Below, one piece after another: positions 9,476 through 18,915 of a DNA stretch of 64,000 bases. The stretch covers positions 1,925,836-1,989,835 of the forward strand of contig OZ241740.1 in NCBI GenBank assembly GCA_965200975.1. The letters are read 5' to 3'. This DNA is from Dehalococcoidia bacterium. GTDB taxonomy: Bacteria > Chloroflexota > Dehalococcoidia > Lucifugimonadales > Australimonadaceae. Under the pieces are notes generated by a model, which did no database searches, was not told the origin of the DNA, and was given only the letters and a program-made list of their open reading frames with translations. The position numbers were made by a program, and so were the translations under genes. Each line of letters starts with the position of its first letter. Position 1 is the stretch's first letter.

Positions 9476-10729
9476 CTACTGCGCGCCGTAGAGGCTTGCG
9501 AACAGCTCCCGGGCCGCCGGACTGAAGTCCTGCGCCTTCTGGATGTTCTCCACCAGTATCGCCGGGTCCCCGTACTTCACCGGACGCTCCGCAAGCTCCG
9601 CCTTCTCGACGAACTCGCGGTCCTCGACGATCTCGCGGAACACCCGCTGCCACGTGAGAACGACCTCCTCCGGAGTGCCGGGCGCCATCACGAACATCCG
9701 GGCCATCGACTCAAGGCTCTGCGCGAGCAGGAAGGCGTTCTGCTGCTCTTCCGTCGAGTCAATCACGTCGAACATATGCGGCACCTGATCCGACTGCAGT
9801 CCCGTTCCCAACCGGTCCAGAAACTCCTGGCTGATCGGCGCGCGCGACCAGAACAGCGGCACCAACTCGCGGCTCTCGTACCACTCCGGGTACAGGTTCG
9901 TTATGTACTGGAAGTCGCACCGCGTCGTGGCGTCGAGCTCGTCGCGGTCAATCGCCGCCAGCACTTCAGACGTCCCCTCGTAGCCGTAGATGACTTTGAT
10001 AGGACCGCCGAGCGCCTCGACGAACTGACCGCCAATCATGTCCCCGCCCGCCGACGACGTCCCTGTCGTGATGGGCCGGCCTAGCGCCAGCACCTCCTCC
10101 CAGGACGTCGCTACATCGCGGCGGACGCACATCGTCAGGTGGTCGTCGTTGAAGCTCGGCGTGCCGATGAGCTCGACCGTGTTGATATCGAAGTCTTCAC
10201 GGTCGATGCCTGCGGCTTCCGCCGCCGGGTGGCGGGGGGCCATCGGATGAATCGTCAGGCCGTCGGGGTTCGAGCGCATCGTCTCCTGCAAGCCGCGGAG
10301 GCCGCCGCCGCCGGGCAGGTTGGCGACGATCACCTTCGGGTTGCCTGGCATCAGGCGCTCAACCGCTTCCGCAAGGAGGCGGGAGTACGCGTCGTAGCCG
10401 CCGCCGGGCGAGAAGCCGACGATAATCTTTATCGTCTTGCCGCTGAAGTACTCCTCAGCGTCGAACCCTGGCGGAGGAGGAATCGGCGTCGGCGTCGCTG
10501 TGGGCGCCGGAACAGGCGTGGGCGTCGCCGTGGGGGGCGGCGTAACGTCCGGCGGCACGGGCGTCGCCGTCGGCGTCGCCGTAGGAGGAACAGTAGCCGC
10601 CGGGACAGGCGTCGCTGTCGCCGTAGGCCGCGGAGTGGCGGTCGGGTCCTCGCTGCCGCAAGCCGCGAGCACGGCGAGCAACACGGCGCCCGCCGCTAGC
10701 AGACCAATCCATTTTCTAGCCCGAGACAT
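9476..10729 (-). CDS. tctC: TctC/Bug-family substrate-binding lipoprotein with Pro/Thr-rich linker
   Basis: Lipobox LAAC, PTATP repeats, KTIKIIVGFSPGGGYDAYSR, NLPGGGG, PDGLTI. Confidence 0.85.
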   Translation of the reverse strand: MSRARKWIGLLAAGAVLLAVLAACGSEDPTATPRPTATATPVPAATVPPTATPTATPVPPDVTPPPTATPTPVPAPTATPTPIPPPPGFDAEEYFSGKTIKIIVGFSPGGGYDAYSRLLAEAVERLMPGNPKVIVANLPGGGGLRGLQETMRSNPDGLTIHPMAPRHPAAEAAGIDREDFDINTVELIGTPSFNDDHLTMCVRRDVATSWEEVLALGRPITTGTSSAGGDMIGGQFVEALGGPIKVIYGYEGTSEVLAAIDRDELDATTRCDFQYITNLYPEWYESRELVPLFWSRAPISQEFLDRLGTGLQSDQVPHMFDVIDSTEEQQNAFLLAQSLESMARMFVMAPGTPEEVVLTWQRVFREIVEDREFVEKAELAERPVKYGDPAILVENIQKAQDFSPAARELFASLYGAQ

Positions 10730-11061
10730 CAGCAGAGCCTCCCTGATCTTGGTTAGCAAAAGCCCCTGAGCGAGACATGTCGCCTTGCGCACAGGGTACG
10801 TCATGCTAGCATCACACACGCGCGTCGGGCAATAGCAACCATCCGCGCACCTGTTCAGACTACAAACGAGGATATCCGGGAAGCGAATCGCTCTCCCGGC
10901 AGCGCGCCGGCGCGCTGCCGCTCTTCGCTCGCCAGCCCTCTCGCCGCAGACGCAGTTCAGGGGAATCGGGGAGCGCACGCTCTTCCGGTTCCGGAACGCG
11001 TTGCGGCGGCGGAGCGCTCCGCGTGCCAAACCTGCAGGGCCAGGAACAAGGAGGCAGCCCA

Positions 11062-12222
11062 ATGACAAACTCACAGGCGTATGACGTCATTGTCGTGGGC
11101 GTGGGCGGGATGGGCAGCGCTACGGTGCGCAGCCTGGCGGAACGCGGCCTGCGCGTGCTCGGCCTCGACCAGTTCGGCATCCCTCACGACCAGGGATCAT
11201 CCCACGGCCTCACCCGCATCATCCGCCTCGCCTTCCACGAGGGCCCAGCCTACGTGCCCCTCGGACGCCGCGCCTACGAGCTGTGGCGCGACCTCGAGCG
11301 CCGCTCGGGCGAGCAGGTGCTGCATATCACCGGCTCAGTCCACGCCGGAGCGCCCGGCGCCGCCGGTTTCGAGAACACGCTCCGCTCCTGCGTCGAGCAA
11401 GACGTCCCCCACACCGTGCTCTCCAGCGCCGACCTCTCCGAGCGCTTCCCCGGCTACCGCCTGCCCGCAGAGATGATGGCCGTCGTGCAGCCCGAGGGCG
11501 GATTCCTCGCTCCCGAGCGTTGCATAGCCGCTTCCGTGGCCGTAGCGCGCGAGCAGGGCGCCGACGTGCGCGAGGGCGAGGCGATGCTCGATTGGGCCCC
11601 CACGTCGTACGGCGTCCGCGTCTCCACAGCGCGTGGAACGTACGAGGCCGGCGCGCTCGTGCTCACCGCGGGCGCCTGGGCCGGCAAGCTCATCCCCGAG
11701 CTCTCAGGCGTCGCCGTCCCCGAACGCCAGGCCGTCGCATGGTTCGCGCCGCGCAGACCCGAACTCTTCGACCCGTCCCGCTTCCCGGTCTTCATCGTCA
11801 CCTGGCGCGGAGAAGAGCACTACGGGTTCCCGGCGTTCGGCGTCCCCGGCTACAAGGTGGGGAAGTTCCACAACCACGGAGAGTTCACCGACCCCAACGC
11901 GCTCGATCGGGCTTACCGGGCGTCCGACGAGGAGATGCTGCGGGCGTTCACTGAAGAGTGCTTCCCCGACGCGGCTGGTCCGCTGCTCAGGTACGTCGTG
12001 TGCATGTTCACCAACTCGCCCGACAAGCACTTCATCATCGGCAAGCACCAAACGTACCCGCAGGTCTCGTTCGCCGCCGGCTTCTCCGGCCACGGATTCA
12101 AGTTCTGCAGCGCCATCGGCGAGATAATGGGCGACCTCGCGCAGACCGGCGAGTCCCGCCACGACATCTCCCCCTTCAACCCTCGCCGGTTCAGCGAAGC
12201 GCCGAACGCGCCCGCCTCCTAA
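11062..12222 (+). CDS. solA: N-methyl-L-tryptophan oxidase / monomeric sarcosine oxidase family flavoprotein
   Basis: GVGGMGS FAD motif, GSSHGLTRIIR, CMFTNSPD (covalent FAD Cys), GFSGHGFKF. Confidence 0.85.
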   Translation: MTNSQAYDVIVVGVGGMGSATVRSLAERGLRVLGLDQFGIPHDQGSSHGLTRIIRLAFHEGPAYVPLGRRAYELWRDLERRSGEQVLHITGSVHAGAPGAAGFENTLRSCVEQDVPHTVLSSADLSERFPGYRLPAEMMAVVQPEGGFLAPERCIAASVAVAREQGADVREGEAMLDWAPTSYGVRVSTARGTYEAGALVLTAGAWAGKLIPELSGVAVPERQAVAWFAPRRPELFDPSRFPVFIVTWRGEEHYGFPAFGVPGYKVGKFHNHGEFTDPNALDRAYRASDEEMLRAFTEECFPDAAGPLLRYVVCMFTNSPDKHFIIGKHQTYPQVSFAAGFSGHGFKFCSAIGEIMGDLAQTGESRHDISPFNPRRFSEAPNAPAS

Positions 12223-12238
12223 GCGCCCACCGCGCGCG

Positions 12239-12619
12239 TTACTCGCCGTCGGCGGAGTGAGCGCTGTGGTCGTGCCCCATATCGAGATCGAGCGCCTTGT
12301 GCACCGGCTCCCCGTGGTCGAGCCGGCCCACGATCTCGTCCATATGCTCGTTCGGTTCGTCGCCGAACGACTCGCCCATGCGGCGGAAGAACTGCGCCAT
12401 TGACGCCGGGTTCGTGTAGTCCACCCCGTCCAGCAGCTCGGCCTTGTTGAGCTTGCTCGGGTCGGCTGCAGGCCGGAGCACGCGGAACGTCGAGAAAACC
12501 CTGCGCGTATCAGCGCTCCCGCAACAGCTGCAACTGCTTGTCGCGTCAGTCGTCATATGCCGAAAGAACAGGGACGACTTCTCCCCGCACGCATTGCACC
12601 TGAACTCGTATATCGGCAT
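12239..12619 (-). CDS. FmdB-family zinc-ribbon protein
   Basis: MPIYEFRCNACG...CSCCGS...RVFSTF. Confidence 0.8.
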   Translation of the reverse strand: MPIYEFRCNACGEKSSLFFRHMTTDATSSCSCCGSADTRRVFSTFRVLRPAADPSKLNKAELLDGVDYTNPASMAQFFRRMGESFGDEPNEHMDEIVGRLDHGEPVHKALDLDMGHDHSAHSADGE

Positions 12620-12686
12620 GGTCTTCCCTCTCCGTCCTCTCTGTCCTCTCCGTCTCCGGCGCGGCTTCTCCAGCCGAAAGCAGCCG

Positions 12687-13475
12687 CTACCGGCTGGTTG
12701 CTCGCTTTGCGGCCTCGAACTGGCGAACGGCCACCTCTCCGCCGTAGAAGCGGGGGCGCCCTTCGATCGGCGCCCGCTCGGGGCGAAGGCCGATCATCTC
12801 GCGGTAGAACGTCGCCGCCGTCCGACCGCTGCGCTTCACCTCCCGCGACTCCGCAATCTCCGTCAGCGCCCGGTCGATGTCTTCCGCAACCGTCCACGCC
12901 GCCCGGTAGGCGACTCTGCCGGTGTGGTCGATAATCCACGACATATTCGACACGCCGCCGTAGACCCTGTGCGTCTTCCCCTGTACGGAGTCGATAGCGA
13001 TCGCGCGCCTGACGCCCAGCCTTTCGCGGAACGACTGGGCGTGCAGTATCTTCTGCTCGTAGTACTGGATCGGCGGGTAGTGCTCGCCCGGATGCGCTTC
13101 CCTCGTGTAGATGAACAGGAAGTACGCGTCGTCCGCGCGCAGCCGGGCCAGCTCCTCCATCAGCGGAGACTCCGCCGCGCACGGCGGTCAGGTGATCGAC
13201 CCGAACTCCATCATCACGGGCTTCCCCCGCAGCGACGACAGCGTGACCTCGCCTCCGCCGAGCAGCGGAAGCGTGAAATCAGGGGCAGCCTCTCCAGCCT
13301 TCGGGGCTTGCTGCTGAAAGTAGACGTGCTCCGCGTCTTTCGGCTTCCACACCGTCAGGTTGTACAGGCCGCCGAGAAACTCGGGCGGCTCGTCCAGGTT
13401 GGGCCGAAGCGCAAACTGCTCCGCGACGCCCTGCTCGACAGCCTCGCTCTCCGCGCGGACCATCTCATCCACCAT
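12687..13475 (-). CDS. iodothyronine-deiodinase-like thioredoxin-fold selenoprotein (Sec encoded by TGA at 13188-13190)
   Basis: ORFs 13188..13496 and 12687..13160 share a frame and are joined by one TGA: APDFTL...GKPVMMEFGSIT-U-PPC...FLFIYTREAHPGE; GGAGG RBS before ATG 13475. Confidence 0.85.
13161..13177 (-). promoter_or_regulatory. candidate bacterial SECIS element
   Basis: CGGCGGA-GTC-TCCGCTG hairpin whose G-initiated loop starts 18 nt after the UGA. Confidence 0.5.
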
Positions 13476-13631
13476 AACGCCTCCCGCGCCCAGCATCGCC
13501 TAACTTCCGCCGCGATTCTACCCCACTACCGCAAACCGGGCTTGCCCCTGGAGCTCAGCACGCTTGGGTTTCTCCGCGCCCACGGCCCCCACTTCCCTCC
13601 GTATGCCGCGTTGTCCCTTTGCCGCGCACGC

Positions 13632-14447
13632 TCACCTGGCAGTCATTGGGATAGGGGTGGGCGTCGGCGTCGGAACTAGGGTCGCCACTGGTGGAGCGCT
13701 TATCGTGTTGGGCTCGCCAAGCCCTGAGATGGTCATGATGTTCTGCTCACGAAATCCCCAATAGTAGTCGTCTTGTTGCGCGGAGACCTTTACTATGTAG
13801 CCATCCTGATTTACCCACAGGTCTTTGAATATCACCTCTCCATAACGTGGATACTCGTCGCGCAATCCATTCGCGTCAAAGTTAGGCGTTGGCACAGGCT
13901 CAGTAGGCTGCTCTTTGAGGCTATAGCGCCTCAAAGTCTCACCGTTCAAAATTTCGTCACCGACGTATTGGAATTCTCCTTGGCGATAATCGGGGAGAAA
14001 GCATATGGATGAGGATGCTGAATCACTCGATACGCTCGTAGCAACAGTCTTAGCAACAGTTTCAGGGATTGGCTGCGCTAGCCATGCGGGATGGAGTACC
14101 CGGTGTCGCTCGTAGAGCATTCCGTTATTGGCTATGGTTTCGCCGATGATTTCATCGTCTTCATCGCGCTTGATGTAGCTGAAGTTATCGCCATCGAGAT
14201 GCAGTTTGTCCGTATGATCGAATGCTTCTTCTCCGGCGCCGTAGTCGAGTGTAACCTTGTTATGGACATCGAATGAATCATAGTCTTGTTCGACACATAC
14301 TCGATCGTTGTGCGCTAGAAAAAATCCGCCTGCCAGCGCGAGGAGAGCGAGTGCTGCGAGAGCAGCTACAAGGACTGGCAGCCGGAACTTGCGCCTACTA
14401 CTACCTGTACGGGGAGGGGTAAATGAGGCCTGCTGTTCCGCTGGCAT
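13632..14447 (-). CDS. hypothetical membrane-anchored exported protein (lower GC)
   Basis: Basic N-region plus one TM helix, two Cys, beta-rich body, C-terminal PTPTPTP; GGAGG RBS. Confidence 0.65.
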   Translation of the reverse strand: MPAEQQASFTPPRTGSSRRKFRLPVLVAALAALALLALAGGFFLAHNDRVCVEQDYDSFDVHNKVTLDYGAGEEAFDHTDKLHLDGDNFSYIKRDEDDEIIGETIANNGMLYERHRVLHPAWLAQPIPETVAKTVATSVSSDSASSSICFLPDYRQGEFQYVGDEILNGETLRRYSLKEQPTEPVPTPNFDANGLRDEYPRYGEVIFKDLWVNQDGYIVKVSAQQDDYYWGFREQNIMTISGLGEPNTISAPPVATLVPTPTPTPIPMTAR

Positions 14448-14632
14448 ACATCGCTCCTCCGAGGGCTAAGGCGGAATAGTTGGGATGTTTACAACCTCTA
14501 CAGGCGTCTGTCAATCGCTTGTGCAGCTCCCTCCGGGCGCCGCCGCAACCGCGGCGATGCGCCGAGGGTGCGACTCCTTACTCCGAGCCCCAGAGTCCGT
14601 GGGCCGCGATCCGCCAATGTTCCTCACCGAAT

Positions 14633-15028
14633 CTAGAACGCCTGCAGCAGGCTGCTCACGCCCTCGACTCGCGCCCCGAGCGCTATCGCGCGCTCGCGCA
14701 GGCGGCGGTCCGACGTGTGCACCACCGCTCTGGCGCCCTTCGGCAGCTCGCCAAGAAGCGCGACGATGCGGTCGTCCGCGCCGTCCGGCCCGCGGCGTCC
14801 TGCGAACTCCACGCGCAAGCTCTCCTGCGGCACCGAGCCGGACGCTGCAGACGGGGCGCCGTCGAACACGACCACCCACTGCCCGCCTGTACGCCGCGCC
14901 ACTCCCGCAAGCTCCGCAATGATGCGTCTCTGCGCCGCGCGGCGGTCGCGCCACCAGCCGTCGGGACGCGCTCCCATCAGGTTGTTCCCGTCGACGAAAA
15001 TATGAACGCCCTCCGGCGTTTCACTCAT
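14633..15028 (-). CDS. NYN/YacP-like PIN-fold nuclease
   Basis: IFVDGNNL, VVVFDG, ADDRI, VHTSDRRLR. Confidence 0.8.
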   Translation of the reverse strand: MSETPEGVHIFVDGNNLMGARPDGWWRDRRAAQRRIIAELAGVARRTGGQWVVVFDGAPSAASGSVPQESLRVEFAGRRGPDGADDRIVALLGELPKGARAVVHTSDRRLRERAIALGARVEGVSSLLQAF

Positions 15029-17606
15029 CGAGGGCCTGTTTGCGCAGCTCGGCAAGCTTCTCCAGCGCCTGAAGCGGAGTGAGGTTGTCGATGTCGATGC
15101 GGCGTAGCGCTTCAGCGAGCGCTTCCCCGCCCTCCTGAGCGCCGCCGAACAGCGACAACTCTCTCTGCGGAGGCGCCCCGGGCAGCGCGCGGCGGCCTCG
15201 CCCGCGCTGCCCCCCGCCCGACTCGTGCTCGCGCAGCAGCTCGCGCGCCCGCTCTATCAGCGGCCTCGGCAATCCCGCCAGCTGCGCCACGTGCACGCCG
15301 TAGCTCTTGTCGGCGCCCCCGCGGACTATCCGGTGCAGGAACACCACCTCGCCCTCTTCGTCGAAGACCGCCACGCTCTGGTTGCGCGCCCGCGGCAAGC
15401 GGTCTGCAAGCTCGGTCAACTCGTGGTAGTGCGTCGCAAACAGCGTCCGGCAGCCTAGCGACGGATAGTTGTGGATATGCTCGGCCACCGCCTGCGCTAT
15501 CGACAGGCCGTCGAACGTCGAGGTGCCGCGCCCAATCTCGTCGAGAATCACCAGCGAGCGCCGCGTCGCATGGTGGAGTATCGCCGCCGTCTCCACCATC
15601 TCGACCATAAAGGTCGACTGCCCCGAAGCAAGGTCGTCCTGAAGGCCTACCCGCGTAAAGATGCGGTCGACCAGGCCCACATGCGCCTCGTCCGCCGGCA
15701 CGAACGAGCCCACCTGCGCCATCAGCACAGCCGTCGCGACCTGGCGCAAGTACGTCGACTTGCCGGCCATATTCGGCCCCGTCAGGATGACCAGCTGATC
15801 TTTGTCCGTCGAGAGGTCCGTGTCGTTCGGCACGAACGAGCCGCTGGGCAGAAATCGCTCTACCACCGGATGCCGCGCATTCCGCAACAGCAGCCGCTCT
15901 CCCTCGTCCAGCGTCGGGCGCACATAGCCGTTCCGCGCCGCGGCCTCCGCCAGCGACAGCAACGCGTCCAGCGCGGCGATAGCCTGCGCCGTCGCCAGGG
16001 CCTCCCCTGTATGCGCCGCAACCCGGCGGCACAGGTCATTGAATATCTCCGATTCCAGCTCCTGAAGCCGGTCGCCCGCGTTCAGTACGCGGTTCTCGTA
16101 CTCCTTCAGCTCCGGAGTGTAGAAGCGCTCCGCGTGGGCGAGCGTCTGCCGGCGCACGTAGTCGTCCGGCACATTCGAAAGGTTGATGTTCGAAACCTCC
16201 AGGTAGTAGCCGAACACCTTGTTGTAGCCAACCTTCAGGCTCGCGATGCCGCTCCGCTCGCGCTCCCGGCGCTCCAGCCCTGCAATGTACGTTCTCGCGT
16301 CCTGCGCCGCGGAGCGCGCCTCGTCCAGCTCCGCCGAGCGCCCCTGACGCACAACTCTTCCATTCCCTACATCGCCCTGGGGATCGTCAGCCAGCGTCTC
16401 GCCGATGAGCGCGACAATCTCCGCGCACGGCGCTATGCTCTGCGCGAGCCACGTCAGCCTCTCGCCCGCTCCCTCGACCATCCCGCGCAGCGTCGGCGCT
16501 CGCTCCAGCGACGACCGCAGTCCCGCAACCTCCCGCGGAGAGGCTACTCCCGCCCCGATTCGCTGCATCGCCCGCTCGATGTCCGACACCTGCGACAGCT
16601 CCGCCCGTATCTGCTGACGCCGCGCGTCGGACTCGTGCAGCCAGGCGACGACGTCAAGCCGGCGCCCAATGGCGTCGAGATCCAGCAGAGGCTGGCCCAG
16701 CCACCGCCGCAGCAGCCGCGCGCCCATCGGCGTCGCCGTCATATCGAGCGCCTTCAGAAGCGATTGCTCGCGCGCGCCCCAGCGTCCGCCCTCAAACAAC
16801 TCGAGGTTCCGGCGAGTCTGCGGGTCGAGCGTCATGAACGCGTCCGTCGAATACGTCCGCAGCCGCGTCAGCTGTCCGAGCACTGCCCGGTGCGTCTTGC
16901 CGAGGTACTCGATCACCGCGCCCGCCGCAGCCGTCGCCAGCGGCAGCGACTCGCAACCGAAACCGTCGAGCGTCCTCACCCCAAAGTGATCGAGCACCCG
17001 CCGGCGCGCGGCGTTCGGCGCGAAGCTGCGCCCCGGCAAGGGCGTAACGCTGTAGCCGGCAGCCTCGCTCTCCAGCCCGGGAATCCCGCCCTCCGGCGCA
17101 ATCACCTCCGACGGCGACAGCCGCGCAAGCTCTTCGGCCACAGCGCCCGAGGCAAGCTGCGCAACCGCAAACTCCCCCGTCGTTACGTCGACATAGGCGA
17201 CGCCGCACTCCGCGCCTCCCGGAGCGACGGCGGCAAGGTAATTGTTGGCGCCGGACTCGAGCAGCGCCGGTTCGAGCACTGTGCCGGGCGTCACTACTCG
17301 AACGACATCGCGATCGACAAGCCGCCGGCCATCCGGCTCGCTCGTCTGCTCGGCGATGGCTACCCGCCGCCCTTTGCGAATCAGCCGCGCGAGGTAGCTG
17401 TCGAGCGCATGGAACGGGATGCCGGCGAGCGGGACGATCTCCCCGCCGCCCATATCCCGCTGCGTCAGCACGATCTCGAGGTCGCGGGCGGCTATCCGGG
17501 CGTCCTCGTCGAACGTCTCGTAGAAGTCGCCCATGCGGTACAGGAGCAGCGCATCGGGGTAGCGCGACTTGATCTCCAGGTACTGCCTGCGAACCGGGCT
17601 AGCCAC
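15021..17606 (-). CDS. mutS: DNA mismatch repair protein MutS
   Basis: YRMGDFYETF, TGPNMAGKSTY, STFMVEM, DEIGRGTST, FATHYHEL. Confidence 0.97.
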   Translation of the reverse strand: MASPVRRQYLEIKSRYPDALLLYRMGDFYETFDEDARIAARDLEIVLTQRDMGGGEIVPLAGIPFHALDSYLARLIRKGRRVAIAEQTSEPDGRRLVDRDVVRVVTPGTVLEPALLESGANNYLAAVAPGGAECGVAYVDVTTGEFAVAQLASGAVAEELARLSPSEVIAPEGGIPGLESEAAGYSVTPLPGRSFAPNAARRRVLDHFGVRTLDGFGCESLPLATAAAGAVIEYLGKTHRAVLGQLTRLRTYSTDAFMTLDPQTRRNLELFEGGRWGAREQSLLKALDMTATPMGARLLRRWLGQPLLDLDAIGRRLDVVAWLHESDARRQQIRAELSQVSDIERAMQRIGAGVASPREVAGLRSSLERAPTLRGMVEGAGERLTWLAQSIAPCAEIVALIGETLADDPQGDVGNGRVVRQGRSAELDEARSAAQDARTYIAGLERRERERSGIASLKVGYNKVFGYYLEVSNINLSNVPDDYVRRQTLAHAERFYTPELKEYENRVLNAGDRLQELESEIFNDLCRRVAAHTGEALATAQAIAALDALLSLAEAAARNGYVRPTLDEGERLLLRNARHPVVERFLPSGSFVPNDTDLSTDKDQLVILTGPNMAGKSTYLRQVATAVLMAQVGSFVPADEAHVGLVDRIFTRVGLQDDLASGQSTFMVEMVETAAILHHATRRSLVILDEIGRGTSTFDGLSIAQAVAEHIHNYPSLGCRTLFATHYHELTELADRLPRARNQSVAVFDEEGEVVFLHRIVRGGADKSYGVHVAQLAGLPRPLIERARELLREHESGGGQRGRGRRALPGAPPQRELSLFGGAQEGGEALAEALRRIDIDNLTPLQALEKLAELRKQALDE

Positions 17607-17707
17607 AGGGCAGATTCTAGCCCACCCTCGCAGCGCGCGGAAAAGCGCCGCGCATCCGCGTCAACGGGAAAGTCCCGTGGGCGGGGCAGGACGGGGTTCG
17701 GATCGAC

Positions 17708-18142
17708 CTACGCGCGCGCTGTCGCAGCGAACTCTTCGCGCCAGACCTCGGGCTGCACGTCGATGTACAGCTCTATCTCGTTGCCGTCCGGATCGAGGAT
17801 GTAGAGGCTGTGAGTGAACCCGTGATCCGACGATCCAACGACGCGCACCCCGGCCTCCTGAAGCTCGGCGAGCGCCGCCTGCAACTCCTCATCCGTCGTG
17901 CCTATCTTCACGCCGATGTGGTAGAGGCCAAGCCTCCGGCCCTGCGGGATCGGCTGCGCGTCCTCTCCCACCTGCATCAGGTACAGCTCATGGTGCGTCC
18001 GGCCCGTCGAGTACGTAGCGGTGTTCGGACGCTGCCCCTCGCGCCGGACTTCCCGCCAGCCGAGAATATCGGTGTAGAACCGGCGCGACTGTTCAACATC
18101 GCGCACGAACAGCACCACATGGCCGAGCTCTTTCACTTCCAC
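17708..18142 (-). CDS. VOC/glyoxalase family protein (catechol-dioxygenase-like)
   Basis: LGHVVLFVRD, GLYHIG, SLYILDPDGNEIELY; GTG start after AAGGAGG. Confidence 0.85.
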   Translation of the reverse strand: MEVKELGHVVLFVRDVEQSRRFYTDILGWREVRREGQRPNTATYSTGRTHHELYLMQVGEDAQPIPQGRRLGLYHIGVKIGTTDEELQAALAELQEAGVRVVGSSDHGFTHSLYILDPDGNEIELYIDVQPEVWREEFAATARA

Positions 18143-18162
18143 AGCGCGCCTCCTTCTACTCC

Positions 18163-18915
18163 TTACTCCTCGTCTTCCTTCCAGAAGCGCTCTTCGTAGA
18201 CGTTCCACCCTTTGCCGCCAAGGCGCGCCTTCACGTCCTCGATCATCCCCGGGTTGCCGCACAGATATATCGCCGTATCGTCTTTCGGCAAACTCCAGCG
18301 CTGCAGGTACTCCTCGACCAGCGTGTTCACCCTGCCGGTGGGGCCGCTCCAGCTGCGGTTCCGCTCAGCCTGCGAACGGCTCACCGTCGTGATGAACGAC
18401 ACCATCTCCGGCAGGCGCTCCGCGAGACGGTTAAGTTCCGAGTCGTACACGAATTCGTCCTGATGGCTCGCGCCCTCCATCACGTAGAAATGGTGTCCCC
18501 GCACATTGTCTTTCAGCGCCTGCCGGATCATGCTCACAAACGGCGCGACTCCTGTAACCGTCCCGACCATCAAGTGGTGGTGAAACCGCGGCTGAAACAC
18601 GAACAGCCCTTTGGCGCGCGGACGCATCGACACCGAGTCTCCCACGTGCAGGTCCCACAGCATCGGCGTGAGCTTTCCCCCGTACTCCGGCAGCACGTAT
18701 TCGATAAACAGCTCTATCAGCTGCTCGTACGGCGCCGACGCGATCGAATACGGGCGCTCTATGCCTCCCGTGCCAATGGTGATGTACTGTCCCGGCTTGA
18801 ACCGGAACGGCTCGTCGGGGCGAAGCCACAGCACGAACAGGTCCTCCGCCACTTCCTGCTTTTTGGCCACGTACGCGCGCGGCAGATGCGCCAACCGATC
18901 GGGATTCTGCGTCAT
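18163..18915 (-). CDS. fpr: ferredoxin/flavodoxin-NADP+ reductase
   Basis: FKPGQY, RPYSIAS, GKLTP, TVTGVAPFVSM, YLCGNPGMI, ERFW. Confidence 0.8.
   Translation of the reverse strand: MTQNPDRLAHLPRAYVAKKQEVAEDLFVLWLRPDEPFRFKPGQYITIGTGGIERPYSIASAPYEQLIELFIEYVLPEYGGKLTPMLWDLHVGDSVSMRPRAKGLFVFQPRFHHHLMVGTVTGVAPFVSMIRQALKDNVRGHHFYVMEGASHQDEFVYDSELNRLAERLPEMVSFITTVSRSQAERNRSWSGPTGRVNTLVEEYLQRWSLPKDDTAIYLCGNPGMIEDVKARLGGKGWNVYEERFWKEDEE

Noticed and set aside
10470-10650. DNA repeats in tctC as a separate repeat element
   Set aside because: They encode the ordinary PTATP lipoprotein linker.
15471-17804. Long antisense ORFs (this one opposite mutS and many similar)
   Set aside because: Shadow ORFs expected from high-GC codon bias; no recognisable motifs.
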